Below are positions 48,340 through 56,812 of a DNA stretch of 63,680 nt, piece after piece (the stretch's first letter is position 1; every line of letters starts with the position of its first letter). A model generated the notes under the pieces. The model worked only from the letters and a program-made list of their open reading frames with translations, did no database searches and was not told the origin of the DNA. Source of the stretch: a virus (Duplodnaviria > Caudoviricetes); the IMG/VR virus record IMGVR_UViG_3300020045_004605, positions 1-63,680 of that record; one strand, 5' to 3'. The position numbers and the translations under genes are program-made.

Positions 48340-48570
48340 ATGAAAAATTTAAAATTATTTGTCAAATTATTTTTTGCTTTACTATTAGCGGAATTAATTG
48401 TTTTTTTATTTGTAGTATTAATGGTTTCATTTGCTAATTGGCAAATTATAGAATTACCTGAATTTAACGAACAAACTTTTAAAAATATAAGGATAATATT
48501 AGCCTGTAATTTATTTGGAACGATATGTTATTTTCCATTATTGATAATGATGAATAGTCGTCTTAAATAA
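48340..48570 (+). CDS. Cassette ORF, two-TM membrane protein
   Basis: Bounded by GTTATAAGCAGTAGC / GCTATTGCTTATAAC. Confidence 0.7.
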   Translation: MKNLKLFVKLFFALLLAELIVFLFVVLMVSFANWQIIELPEFNEQTFKNIRIILACNLFGTICYFPLLIMMNSRLK

Positions 48571-48591
48571 ATCTAACGTAGCTATTGCTTA

Positions 48592-48689
48592 TAACAGGCG
48601 CGCTTTGCGAAGGCTTTGGAGCTTGCTCAAAGCGTTAGTTAAGGGAAGTGCGCCTGTTAAGGAAAAGGCGTTTGCGCATTTTCCTTAAC
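48592..48689 (+). repeat. Atypical GC-rich hairpin plus ORF-less mini-cassette
   Basis: TAACAGGCGCGCTT/AAGTGCGCCTGTTA then GTTAAGGAAAAGGCG-TTTG-CGCATTTTCCTTAAC. Confidence 0.7.
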
Positions 48690-48813
48690 GTTATCAGGCT
48701 TTGTGTCTGTTGCGTAAAAGAAAACCAAAACATTAATTAAACACTAAACATTACAGATTATGACTAAACATTCAGAAAACACCGAGCCAAGCAATAGCAC
48801 AAAACCTGTGTTA
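48686..48813 (+). repeat. attC-like hairpin
   Basis: CAGGCTTTGTGTCTGTTGC / GCAATAGCACAAAACCTG. Confidence 0.8.
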
Positions 48814-49188
48814 GCAAATCGGCTTTTTAAATTCCGTGCTTGGGTAAAATAACAAAATAGAATGATTAAAGTTTTTGGATTTAACGAACATTTAGTTTTT
48901 GAACAAACTTGGGATTCTCCAAGTATTAAAGAAAATATCTTTGAAATTGAAGATTGCCATATAATGCAGTTTACAGGATCAATTGATAATAAAGGAAATG
49001 AAATTTTTGAAGGTGATATAGTTAGATTGCCTGATAGTTTTTTCCCAAGAGATAGACCAATTATTTTCACAGATTATGGCAGTTGGTACATTGGAAAAAT
49101 TGGAATAGGGTTTGACCAAATGAAAGCTGACGGATTTGTAGAATGCGAAGTTATTGGAAATGTTTTTGAAAATCCTGATTATTTATAA
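48760..49188 (+). pseudogene. Cassette ORF: YopX family protein with in-frame stop
   Basis: ATG 48760...FKFRAWVK-TAA(48850)-QNRMIK...MQFTG...EVIGNVFENP in one frame. Confidence 0.75.
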
Positions 49189-49209
49189 TGTACGTCATAA
49201 GCTGTTTGC

Positions 49210-49337
49210 TAACGTTTCGTGGCTTTATTTAGTAGCGGAATTGTACAAAATAAAGTTTACATAAAAATTAAAGATTACCGACTAAAAACAACTATTAAAT
49301 TAAAAAACAATCCCGCTATTGAATAAAACCATTGTTA
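49210..49337 (+). repeat. attC-like hairpin
   Basis: GTGGCTTTATTTAGTAGCGG / CCGCTATTGAATAAAACCAT. Confidence 0.8.
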
Positions 49338-49369
49338 GCATTAGTGCGGATATTTAAAACTAAAACGTA

Positions 49370-49654
49370 ATGAGAAAAAACATGATTTTAACATCACTAG
49401 CAATGATGATGGCGGCACAAGAACAAGGATTGAGATTTGATAGAGAGGAAGAAATAGAAAGAATGAAATCTAAAAAAGAACCTAAAAAGATAATCCCTAA
49501 CGGTTGCAAAGAATATCATTTTACAAGAAGTGGAAGATTTGACACAACAGAAAATATGTGGAACGATATTGATTATATTTTTACTTGTGTTGCTTCAAAC
49601 GATAAAAATGCGGTTAAGAAGTTCGATAAATTTTCTTATGAGAACAATTTGTAG
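49370..49654 (+). CDS. Cassette ORF, hypothetical protein
   Basis: Bounded by GTTAGCATTAGTGC / GCATTGATGCTAAC. Confidence 0.75.
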   Translation: MRKNMILTSLAMMMAAQEQGLRFDREEEIERMKSKKEPKKIIPNGCKEYHFTRSGRFDTTENMWNDIDYIFTCVASNDKNAVKKFDKFSYENNL

Positions 49655-49663
49655 CATTGATGC

Positions 49664-49752
49664 TAACGTTTTGCGTATATGTGCAATACGCTAATAAACA
49701 TTTGTTATTAATTTAAAGTTTCTTTCCTGCGTATTGCACATATACGCTGTTA
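49664..49752 (+). repeat. attC-like hairpin with perfect 19-bp arms
   Basis: GCGTATATGTGCAATACGC / GCGTATTGCACATATACGC. Confidence 0.85.
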
Positions 49753-49775
49753 TAAGCTGATAAAAATTACAGATT

Positions 49776-50015
49776 ATGGAACGAAAATATTTGATTACAC
49801 AAGAACAGTTAGAGCAAATTGAGCATTACAAAAGAATGTTTGAATTAAATGCGGATTTGGTTAGAGATTTATGTAACTCTGAAAAAGATGATGTTGTTTA
49901 TGGATTTGAGTTAGGCAAGATGCACTCGCATTTAAGAGATTGCTTTATAGAAATGATGGAGTTGGAAGGCGAAATTAGAAACCAAAAAGTTGTTGATGAA
50001 CCGAAAAGCGAGTAA
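49776..50015 (+). CDS. Cassette ORF, hypothetical protein
   Basis: Bounded by GTTATAAGCTGATAAAAATTAC / GTAATTTTTATTTGCTTATAAC. Confidence 0.75.
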   Translation: MERKYLITQEQLEQIEHYKRMFELNADLVRDLCNSEKDDVVYGFELGKMHSHLRDCFIEMMELEGEIRNQKVVDEPKSE

Positions 50016-50029
50016 TTTTTATTTGCTTA

Positions 50030-50065
50030 TAACTATCTAATAAATATGATTTTGTCATACATTAT
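50030..50065 (+). other. attI-like terminal site of array B2
   Basis: TAACTATCTAATAAATATGATTTTGTCATAC. Confidence 0.55.
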
Positions 50066-50094
50066 AAACAAAAAGTAAAATAAAGTATGAAATT

Positions 50095-50295
50095 ATGAGT
50101 TTTTTATATAAACCAATAGAGGAACAAAAACTGTCTTACGAAATAAAAGTAGGTGACGGAAAAATAGAAATTAACTTTTATTCAGACTGCGGTAAATTCG
50201 GTTGTGATGAAATGCTACAAGGCTATATTTTAACACCCGAAAGATTAATGCAAATACTATCTGAAAGAGAAGATTTAACAGACGATGAGATTTAA
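50095..50295 (+). CDS. Hypothetical protein
   Basis: 66 aa after terminal site. Confidence 0.6.
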   Translation: MSFLYKPIEEQKLSYEIKVGDGKIEINFYSDCGKFGCDEMLQGYILTPERLMQILSEREDLTDDEI

Positions 50296-50480
50296 ATCAA
50301 AAATCCCCTCCATTACCAATAATGCGAGGGGATTTTCTTTTTAACCAAAAAACTAATTATGAAAACATTGCTAAGATAATTAAAAAATGTTAAAGTTTAA
50401 AAAATAATTGCTTTTTTATTTGGTGGTGTTATTTTAATTACTATCTTTGAATATTATTAATAACTAAATAATCAGAAATT

Positions 50481-50630
50481 ATGGAAAATAAAATTGAATC
50501 ACTTACTAAAATGGAATTAAAAAAAATAATTAGAAATAGCACAACTAAAGTTTATAATGGACTATTTGCAATGCAAAAACACGAATTAGTAAAATTAGCT
50601 AAAAGTATTTTAAATCAGAAACCCGCTTAA
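50481..50630 (+). CDS. Small moron-like ORF (49 aa)
   Basis: MENKIESLTKMELKK...; same promoter as 25864-26064 in A. Confidence 0.55.
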   Translation: MENKIESLTKMELKKIIRNSTTKVYNGLFAMQKHELVKLAKSILNQKPA

Positions 50631-50651
50631 TAACTAAGCGGGTTTCTTTTT
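50617..50651. terminator. Bidirectional terminator
   Basis: AGAAACCCGCTTA/TAAGCGGGTTTCT. Confidence 0.75.
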
Positions 50652-50653
50652 AA

Positions 50654-51103
50654 CTACCTAAACTTTTTATAAATAAAATAAATCGGGATAAGTAACAAAA
50701 TCCACAACCACCAAAGAGGAACACTTTTACGCTCGGTTTGTTTTACTTCTGTTTCAATTACTTGTTTACTACCTACAGAAACGCCTTTACTTTCGATTTG
50801 TGACGTTTTCTCATCAATCTCAACTACTTTATTAACTTTAGTCGTTTTAAGTCTTAAGATACCGTTTAAAACTGTTTTACCGTTATAAGTTATCGGTTTA
50901 GTAATATCAATCGGCACTATCTCTATTTCGTTAATAGTTGAAGTATCGACTGAACGCTCAAACTTTTGCGTATTGGTAACGGTCTTTGTAGTATCAATTG
51001 CCTTAACTTCGGTTGTTTCTTTAACTTCAGTCTTTTGGACTTTGCGGGTGCTACAACTTACCAAACTTATAGAGAGTATTAATATTGTTATTTTATTTTT
51101 CAT
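50654..51103 (-). CDS. Lipoprotein with C-terminal TM, candidate unimolecular spanin
   Basis: LVSC lipobox; PLWWLWILLLIPIYFIY. Confidence 0.6.
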   Translation of the reverse strand: MKNKITILILSISLVSCSTRKVQKTEVKETTEVKAIDTTKTVTNTQKFERSVDTSTINEIEIVPIDITKPITYNGKTVLNGILRLKTTKVNKVVEIDEKTSQIESKGVSVGSKQVIETEVKQTERKSVPLWWLWILLLIPIYFIYKKFR

Positions 51104-51246
51104 CTTTTATTTTCCAATACATTAAACATTTTTTTGATATAAAAGAATAAGGCGAACTTGCAAAATACGCTTGTCTGTATTCGCTTGGTTCAGCCGTATA
51201 TCTGTAACAGCTATCTTTTAAAGGACAATCTTTGCCCGAGCACATA

Positions 51247-51438
51247 CTAATGTCTGCCATAATCTTTTACTTTAAATTGATTTTCGTAATACTTTGCGTC
51301 TTTGAATACCTCTCGGTATCTTGTGTTTGTCCTTTCGCAATTTTGCCCTCTTTCGAGTTGCCGTTGCATCCATCGTTTAATTATTTCTAAACGTTCTTGT
51401 TTAGTTTTCATAGGTCTAATATAATAAATAACCAACAT
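51247..51438 (-). CDS. Hypothetical protein
   Basis: Homologue of 24814-24981. Confidence 0.6.
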   Translation of the reverse strand: MLVIYYIRPMKTKQERLEIIKRWMQRQLERGQNCERTNTRYREVFKDAKYYENQFKVKDYGRH

Positions 51439-51768
51439 AAAACCAAAGTATCATACAAAACCAACTATAAGCCACATCAGTACTTTCTTTAAATACTTTA
51501 TTCGGTTTTTTTAAATGCCCAATATAATCACTAATACTTGTTATTAAAGGATAAAACAACATCCATAATACAAAATCTAAGTTTTCCATAATCTATTCTT
51601 TTAATTTATTTAATTCGTTCTTACTGTTTTCTAAGGCATCTAAAAGGCTTTTACACTCGGTTATATACTTTGTGCTTTTTAAGTCATTATCATTGTTTAA
51701 ATCTAAGAATTTAACGTATAACTCAGCTTTAATGCCTTTTATGATATAAATTAACTCTTGCGCTCGGT

Positions 51769-51987
51769 TCATAGTTTTTCAATTTCGGCTTTAACTTGTT
51801 GCCAATATTCATCAATGTAAACAAATTTACCTACATTACCACTTGGTGATAATTTAATAGTAGATGCACTCAATATCTCATCAACACAAATTAAAGCGCA
51901 TTGTTTGGCTTGTTCTATATTAAATCCAAGTTCTTGAAACCTTATAACTAATTCTAAGGCTTTGTTTTTATATTTTAATTCTATCAT
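51769..51987 (-). CDS. Hypothetical phage protein
   Basis: AKQCALICVDEIL...YWQQVKAEI. Confidence 0.7.
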   Translation of the reverse strand: MIELKYKNKALELVIRFQELGFNIEQAKQCALICVDEILSASTIKLSPSGNVGKFVYIDEYWQQVKAEIEKL

Positions 51988-52069
51988 AATTAAAAATCGT
52001 TATCGTTATCCGTAAACCATATTATCATTAAGCCTACGACATATGCTAATGTAAATACTAATGTCATAT

Positions 52070-52966
52070 TTATATAATGTTTTTAAATTTTAAATAAAGT
52101 ATGTAACTACTGTTACTTATTTCGTAGTTGTAATTACAATCATCACATTCGATTAATCTTTTTATAGTTCCCATAGCAGTTACATTGTTTTTAACGAGCG
52201 TTATTTGTTCACTTGAACAACAAGGACAACTATATTTAAGATTGTTGTTTAAAACGCCAGCGTGTGTGTTTTGCTTAATGTAGTTTTGCATAGTTAAAAA
52301 AACATCTTCCAAAACAATTATATCCCCCTCACAATAGTTAACCATTTCGCTTAAGGCGGTTTTATCGTTATTCATTACGCCTTTCCACATATCAAAACCA
52401 CTATGCTTAACTTTTGCACCAACACCTAAATATTGCGCAATGTAATCTAATTTATTCGAGTTGAAATTAAACCCGCTTTTAGCTTTCTTTAAAGTATCTA
52501 AGGTTTTATAATTTGGGAACATTGGTATTCTGTGATAAATACAACGGGTTCTTATCCATTTAATATCAAACCTATCCCCATTATGCGCTATCATTTCATC
52601 GGCTTGGTTTGCAACTTTTATAAAGTCTATTAACATTTGCTTATCGCATTTGTTTTTATCCCACGCTAAGGTATGTATTGTTTCCTCGTTTTCCCACTTG
52701 TAAGATATACAAATTATAGCACGTTCATTAATGATGTTTTCGGGCGTGATATTTAAGTTGTAACCAATACGCCAACTATAAACAACGTTAGGGCTTGTTT
52801 CAATGTCAAAGAATAAACGTTTAACTGATTCTGATTTACGCCTTAATTTAACGTACTTTTCTTTGGTTTCTTTGTTTAATCTGTAACGGTTGTTTTTATT
52901 TAATTCTAAGCCTAATAACTTTGCGTGGCTCGGCTGTATTCTAAATCTTTCGTTTCCGTTTTTCAT
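52070..52966 (-). CDS. RNase H-like exonuclease with Zn-ribbon
   Basis: Near-identical to 23710-24606. Confidence 0.85.
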   Translation of the reverse strand: MKNGNERFRIQPSHAKLLGLELNKNNRYRLNKETKEKYVKLRRKSESVKRLFFDIETSPNVVYSWRIGYNLNITPENIINERAIICISYKWENEETIHTLAWDKNKCDKQMLIDFIKVANQADEMIAHNGDRFDIKWIRTRCIYHRIPMFPNYKTLDTLKKAKSGFNFNSNKLDYIAQYLGVGAKVKHSGFDMWKGVMNNDKTALSEMVNYCEGDIIVLEDVFLTMQNYIKQNTHAGVLNNNLKYSCPCCSSEQITLVKNNVTAMGTIKRLIECDDCNYNYEISNSSYILYLKFKNII

Positions 52967-53027
52967 AATTTAGTTTTTAAATTAATACGAAAATACGAAA
53001 AAAATTGATAGTTAGTCAGTTAGTTGG

Positions 53028-53090
53028 TTATTTAGAATGATTTTAAATTAATGATAAATGTAATTAGTATTGAAAATATTATTAAATTTG
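53028..53090 (+). promoter_or_regulatory. Array promoter with Fur-box-like palindrome
   Basis: TTATTTAGAATGATTTTAAATTA; TAAATTTG at 53083. Confidence 0.6.
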
Positions 53091-53181
53091 TGTTTAAATA
53101 ACGCCTTGCGTGTTGCTTTTCGGCTTGGACTGAAACAAAACCACGCTTCGGATATAAATTAACCTTAACAAATATAAAACA

Positions 53182-53451
53182 ATGGATAAATTAAAGACTA
53201 CAGAAAAAGCTGAAAACAACATGCTGTTAGCGACTGTTTATTTCAAGACTTATAATGTAAAATCATTATGGGCGGGAAAATACGCTCATACAAAACACGG
53301 ATTTACAAGTTCAATCTTAACCGCTATTTGGTGGTTTATTACTTGGTCTATTATTGAAGCTATTAGAGTTTTGAGGCTTAATAAATATCATTACGGAAAT
53401 ATATTCGGGATTGGCAAAAAGAAAACCGATTGTTACGGACGTTTACTATAA
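53182..53451 (+). CDS. Cassette ORF, membrane-associated hypothetical protein
   Basis: Starts inside hairpin loop. Confidence 0.65.
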   Translation: MDKLKTTEKAENNMLLATVYFKTYNVKSLWAGKYAHTKHGFTSSILTAIWWFITWSIIEAIRVLRLNKYHYGNIFGIGKKKTDCYGRLL

Positions 53452-53458
53452 TAGTTTA

Positions 53459-53583
53459 TAACGTTTCGCTTGTATGGTTAGTGCGGAAAAATACGCCGAA
53501 ACATTTCATATATAACTGACCACACAAGTACAAAATCATATTAAAATTTAAAACTAATACCGCATTAATTATACAAGCTGTTA
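53459..53583 (+). repeat. attC-like hairpin
   Basis: GCTTGTATGGTTAGTGCGG / CCGCATTAATTATACAAGC. Confidence 0.85.
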
Positions 53584-53615
53584 GCATTAGTGCGGTTCTT
53601 AAAACTAAAATTATT

Positions 53616-53873
53616 ATGCAAAATTACATTAGATTATTAAGCTACGAAAATGCTGAAAAAGTAATAAAATTTGTTAATTCTTTAAATAACTACGATGATT
53701 ACGCTTGTATAACTAGTGGTGGTGTTAGTTTGAAATCAACTGAAGAAAATCATCCTAAAATATTAGATTATATAAAATCATTAAATGTTAGGTTTGAATT
53801 AACTTCAAAACATCCCGAAGCAGTAAATAAAGAAATCGTTTCTAATTTACGAAATGCTGGTATTATAGAATAA
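53616..53873 (+). CDS. Cassette ORF, hypothetical protein
   Basis: Same cassette ends as 49370-49654. Confidence 0.75.
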   Translation: MQNYIRLLSYENAEKVIKFVNSLNNYDDYACITSGGVSLKSTEENHPKILDYIKSLNVRFELTSKHPEAVNKEIVSNLRNAGIIE

Positions 53874-53949
53874 ACGTAGCATTGATGCTAACTACCTGAT
53901 AGGTATGATTTTGTCATACCTATCGGTTTTTCTATCATACATTATCTAC

Positions 53950-53972
53950 TTATTTAGAAACAATATAAATAA
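53950..53972. promoter_or_regulatory. Fur-box-like palindrome
   Basis: TTATTTAGAAACAATATAAATAA. Confidence 0.6.
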
Positions 53973-54310
53973 CAGTTTAATGTTGTGGGAATGAAAAAAA
54001 GGCGTAATTTAGCCTTAACAACAGAAATGATTTTCGTTAGGGCTAAGCGAAAATAAAAAATGGTATAGGCGCAATAACTTCCAATTTCAATAGAACGCAT
54101 TAACCCTCTTTAATCGGAGGGTTTTTAAAAAGTTTTTTCATGATGTTTGGTTATAGTTGAGAAACCCCGATTTAATAGTCGGGGTTTTTTGTTGTAACAT
54201 AGACATCGTGTCTATGTTCATGTCTATGTTTTAATTTTCCAACAATTATATTAAAAATGTTTGTTATTGCCATTATTTATTCGTATATTTAGTTTTTAAT
54301 TATTAGATAT

Positions 54311-54868
54311 ATGACAACAAATCTTATTTACGCCCTTAGAGATTCAAGAAATGACGCTTATTTTTATGTAGGTAAAACTACTGTAGGTATTAAAAGACCC
54401 TTAAAACATTTAACAAAATCACACAATAAAGAAGTAAACAACCATGTTAAGCTTTTAAAAGATTTAGGGCATAAAACATTCGTTGATATTTTAGAGGAAA
54501 ACATAGATTTAAATTCCCTTTGCGAAAGAGAAAAACATTGGATAAATTACTATTCTGAAATATATGATTTATGCAATAAAAAAGATTTTTATAGCGAAAG
54601 GGAAAATAGCGTTATTGATATTCAAAACATAGATACTGAAGAAACAAATAAAATACTATTTCTATTAAAAAACATACCTAAAATAGTTTCTAATAAACGA
54701 AAATATTTATCAATAACTCAATCTAATTTAGCTTCTGAAAGTGGTTTAAATAGAAGCACAATAACTCAAATAGAAAAAGGACAAACTATAACAATATCGT
54801 CTTTAATAAAAGTTTTAGAGGTTTTATCTAATAGTGAAATTAAAAACGAAAAAGTTAGATTAAAATGA
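54311..54868 (+). CDS. GIY-YIG nuclease domain + XRE HTH protein
   Basis: LIYAL...FYVGKT...R...H, EREKHWI; ITQSNLASESGLNRSTITQIEKG. Confidence 0.75.
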   Translation: MTTNLIYALRDSRNDAYFYVGKTTVGIKRPLKHLTKSHNKEVNNHVKLLKDLGHKTFVDILEENIDLNSLCEREKHWINYYSEIYDLCNKKDFYSERENSVIDIQNIDTEETNKILFLLKNIPKIVSNKRKYLSITQSNLASESGLNRSTITQIEKGQTITISSLIKVLEVLSNSEIKNEKVRLK

Positions 54869-55098
54869 TACAGTTAACAGAAACAGAATTAAAGCAAATT
54901 ATAATCGACGCCTTTAACGAGGGTTTAATTTACGATTTAAACTTAGATAGCCCCGCTAATAAGTACGCTGAGTATATTCTATTAACGCACAAAAGCGGTG
55001 TTTATGATAGATTTAAACCGCAAGTAACTGTTTCCATTTGGCTAACTTCTTGCATCTATCTTCTAAACCATTCGTACCACCGTTTATACGTTTTGTAA
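54865..55098 (+). CDS. Hypothetical protein running into endolysin antisense
   Basis: Coupled to previous gene; last ~28 codons overlap the endolysin gene. Confidence 0.4.
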   Translation: MIQLTETELKQIIIDAFNEGLIYDLNLDSPANKYAEYILLTHKSGVYDRFKPQVTVSIWLTSCIYLLNHSYHRLYVL

Positions 55099-55486
55099 TA
55101 CCTATTAAATCGTCTTTGTCGGCTAAAACGTTTAAATTCTTTTTGCTCCAAAACCAACAAGCGGAAACGATAGCATTTACTTCTGTAGCTAATAAATCGG
55201 GGTTGTTTATAAAATCAATTCCAGTATCTTTTGAAAGTGATAAATAGTTATAACGACCCGTTACTTGAATATATCCACGCCCCCTAAATTTATAGCCGTC
55301 GCCTTTTTGAGTATTACCTAAGTCTTTGCGCCCATCGTATTTATCAAAGTATGATTTACCACCTAATTCGGTTAAGTACTTAAAACCACCGCTTTCGTGT
55401 TCTATTTGCGATAAGAAGTGCGCTAAACGTAAAGGCGTGTTTATATGATAGCCGTTTAGTAAAGACTTATATTTTAGGTGTATCAT
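55013..55486 (-). CDS. Endolysin, GH19
   Basis: Near-identical to 22161-22634. Confidence 0.95.
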   Translation of the reverse strand: MIHLKYKSLLNGYHINTPLRLAHFLSQIEHESGGFKYLTELGGKSYFDKYDGRKDLGNTQKGDGYKFRGRGYIQVTGRYNYLSLSKDTGIDFINNPDLLATEVNAIVSACWFWSKKNLNVLADKDDLIGITKRINGGTNGLEDRCKKLAKWKQLLAV

Positions 55487-55896
55487 TTATGCGATTTTTT
55501 ATAAGTTTCAAATTGTTTTTTAAGTTCTTCGTGGTCTTTTTCTAACTGAATGTATTTAGTTTCCAACTCCGCAAACTTCTCTTTCCAAAACGTAGAAGCT
55601 TCAACTTCTTTTGCATAACTTAAATACAAGTCGTTAAACTGTTTTTGCAAACTCCTAACGTCATTTCTTAAATCTTTAATGTTTTGGTCTTGTTCAATAT
55701 TACAAGCCTTTAATTCGTCCCTATCGGTTTTTAAGTCGTCTACTAAACTATCGTAAATAGTTTGCACCTTATTTAAAAAGTCCCCATTTGAGTTTTTAAT
55801 CTCTACTTTCTTTGCTTGACGTCCTCCAAAAATCCACGCCAAAGGGATACCCAATACTGTTACAATATTAAACCAATTGTTAAAAATAAAATCCAT
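55483..55896 (-). CDS. Membrane-anchored coiled-coil lysis-cluster protein
   Basis: N-terminal TM plus coiled coil. Confidence 0.65.
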   Translation of the reverse strand: MDFIFNNWFNIVTVLGIPLAWIFGGRQAKKVEIKNSNGDFLNKVQTIYDSLVDDLKTDRDELKACNIEQDQNIKDLRNDVRSLQKQFNDLYLSYAKEVEASTFWKEKFAELETKYIQLEKDHEELKKQFETYKKSHK

Positions 55897-55900
55897 TCTG

Positions 55901-56227
55901 TTATCTGCTTTTAATAATGCCGTAAATAAAATTACCAGCTAATATGTTAACGTAAAAATAAAAATAAACTTGATTGTTAGTGTAAGGTTGTAGGATATTC
56001 AATAACGCCAAAGCTACTATTGTAATGCAACTACTTTTTGCAAAGTCAGTATAGCTATTCCAATTAAATAACCCGTGTATTAAAACCACAAAGCAAAGAT
56101 AACTTTCGATTGTATCAGCGGTTAAATAAATGTCTTTGTAAAAGTCTAATCTAAACAAAAGCATTAATAAAGCCAATACATACCAAACGCAAATTGCAAT
56201 AGGCAAATATCCTAAAACCTTATTCAT
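55901..56227 (-). CDS. Membrane protein, possible holin
   Basis: Orthologue of 21344-21673. Confidence 0.6.
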   Translation of the reverse strand: MNKVLGYLPIAICVWYVLALLMLLFRLDFYKDIYLTADTIESYLCFVVLIHGLFNWNSYTDFAKSSCITIVALALLNILQPYTNNQVYFYFYVNILAGNFIYGIIKSR

Positions 56228-56341
56228 CTACTTTGGCGGTCTTGGTGTACCAACGGGAATAGCTATAACGCATCCGTCTAAATCTACACTTGCTAACTTT
56301 TCGTAGCACTCTTCCAAAACTCTTAATTGTTCTTCTGTCAT
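56228..56341 (-). CDS. Conserved 37-aa peptide
   Basis: MTEEQLRVLEECYEKLASVDLDGCVIAIPVGTPRPPK. Confidence 0.7.
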   Translation of the reverse strand: MTEEQLRVLEECYEKLASVDLDGCVIAIPVGTPRPPK

Positions 56342-56812
56342 TTGTATTGTGTTAATAATGTGTGATTTTTATATTGCATAAAGGACGTTCCTATATGCGT
56401 TCTTGTTTTATGTTCTAAGGCTTCTCTGTGACCCTCTGTGCTTCCCATATACCCATTAAATAATCCTGCACCGCTACTGTATTGATTAGCACAAATATGA
56501 CTACAATTGTCTACGTTAACTTTTGCGTCTATTCTCATTTGTTGCCAATGTTCGTGCGTTGCATCTTCATCGTTTAATATATCCGCTACCGTTTGATTGT
56601 AACAAACTTCACTTGCTAACTTCTCAGGGATTAAAGCGTGTAACCCTAAGCCTTTACGATGGTCGTTATACCAACTGTATAAATATCTTTTCCTCAACGC
56701 TTAAATCATAGTAGGGTGTCGGAGCGTAATTGTACGTAACATTTTGACGTATTTTAGCCGTAACGCCAATTATTATAAAGACTATTATTGCTAAAGAAAA
56801 GATATAGACCAT
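56338..56812 (-). pseudogene. Membrane-anchored CAP/SCP-like protein, frameshifted near 56670
   Basis: MVYIFSLAIIVFIIIG...EEKIFIQL then, in another frame, NDHRKGLGL...YMGSTEGHREAL...THIG. Confidence 0.6.

Larger units (their letters stand above)
48208..50065 (+). mobile_element. Integron-like cassette array B2 (4 ORF cassettes + 1 empty)
   Basis: Hairpins 48208-48323, 48592-48659, 48686-48813, 49210-49337, 49664-49752; terminal site 50030. Confidence 0.85.
53099..53927 (+). mobile_element. Integron-like cassette array B3 (2 cassettes)
   Basis: Hairpins 53099-53229 and 53459-53583; terminal site 53889-53927. Confidence 0.8.

Noticed and set aside
48850-48852. Stop-codon reassignment
   Set aside because: Single in-frame TAA; TAA terminates most other genes normally.
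44108-50033. Hairpins as ordinary rho-independent terminators or CRISPR repeats
   Set aside because: No U-tracts, long variable loops, non-identical sequences, fixed TAAC/GTTA ends and complementary cassette ends.
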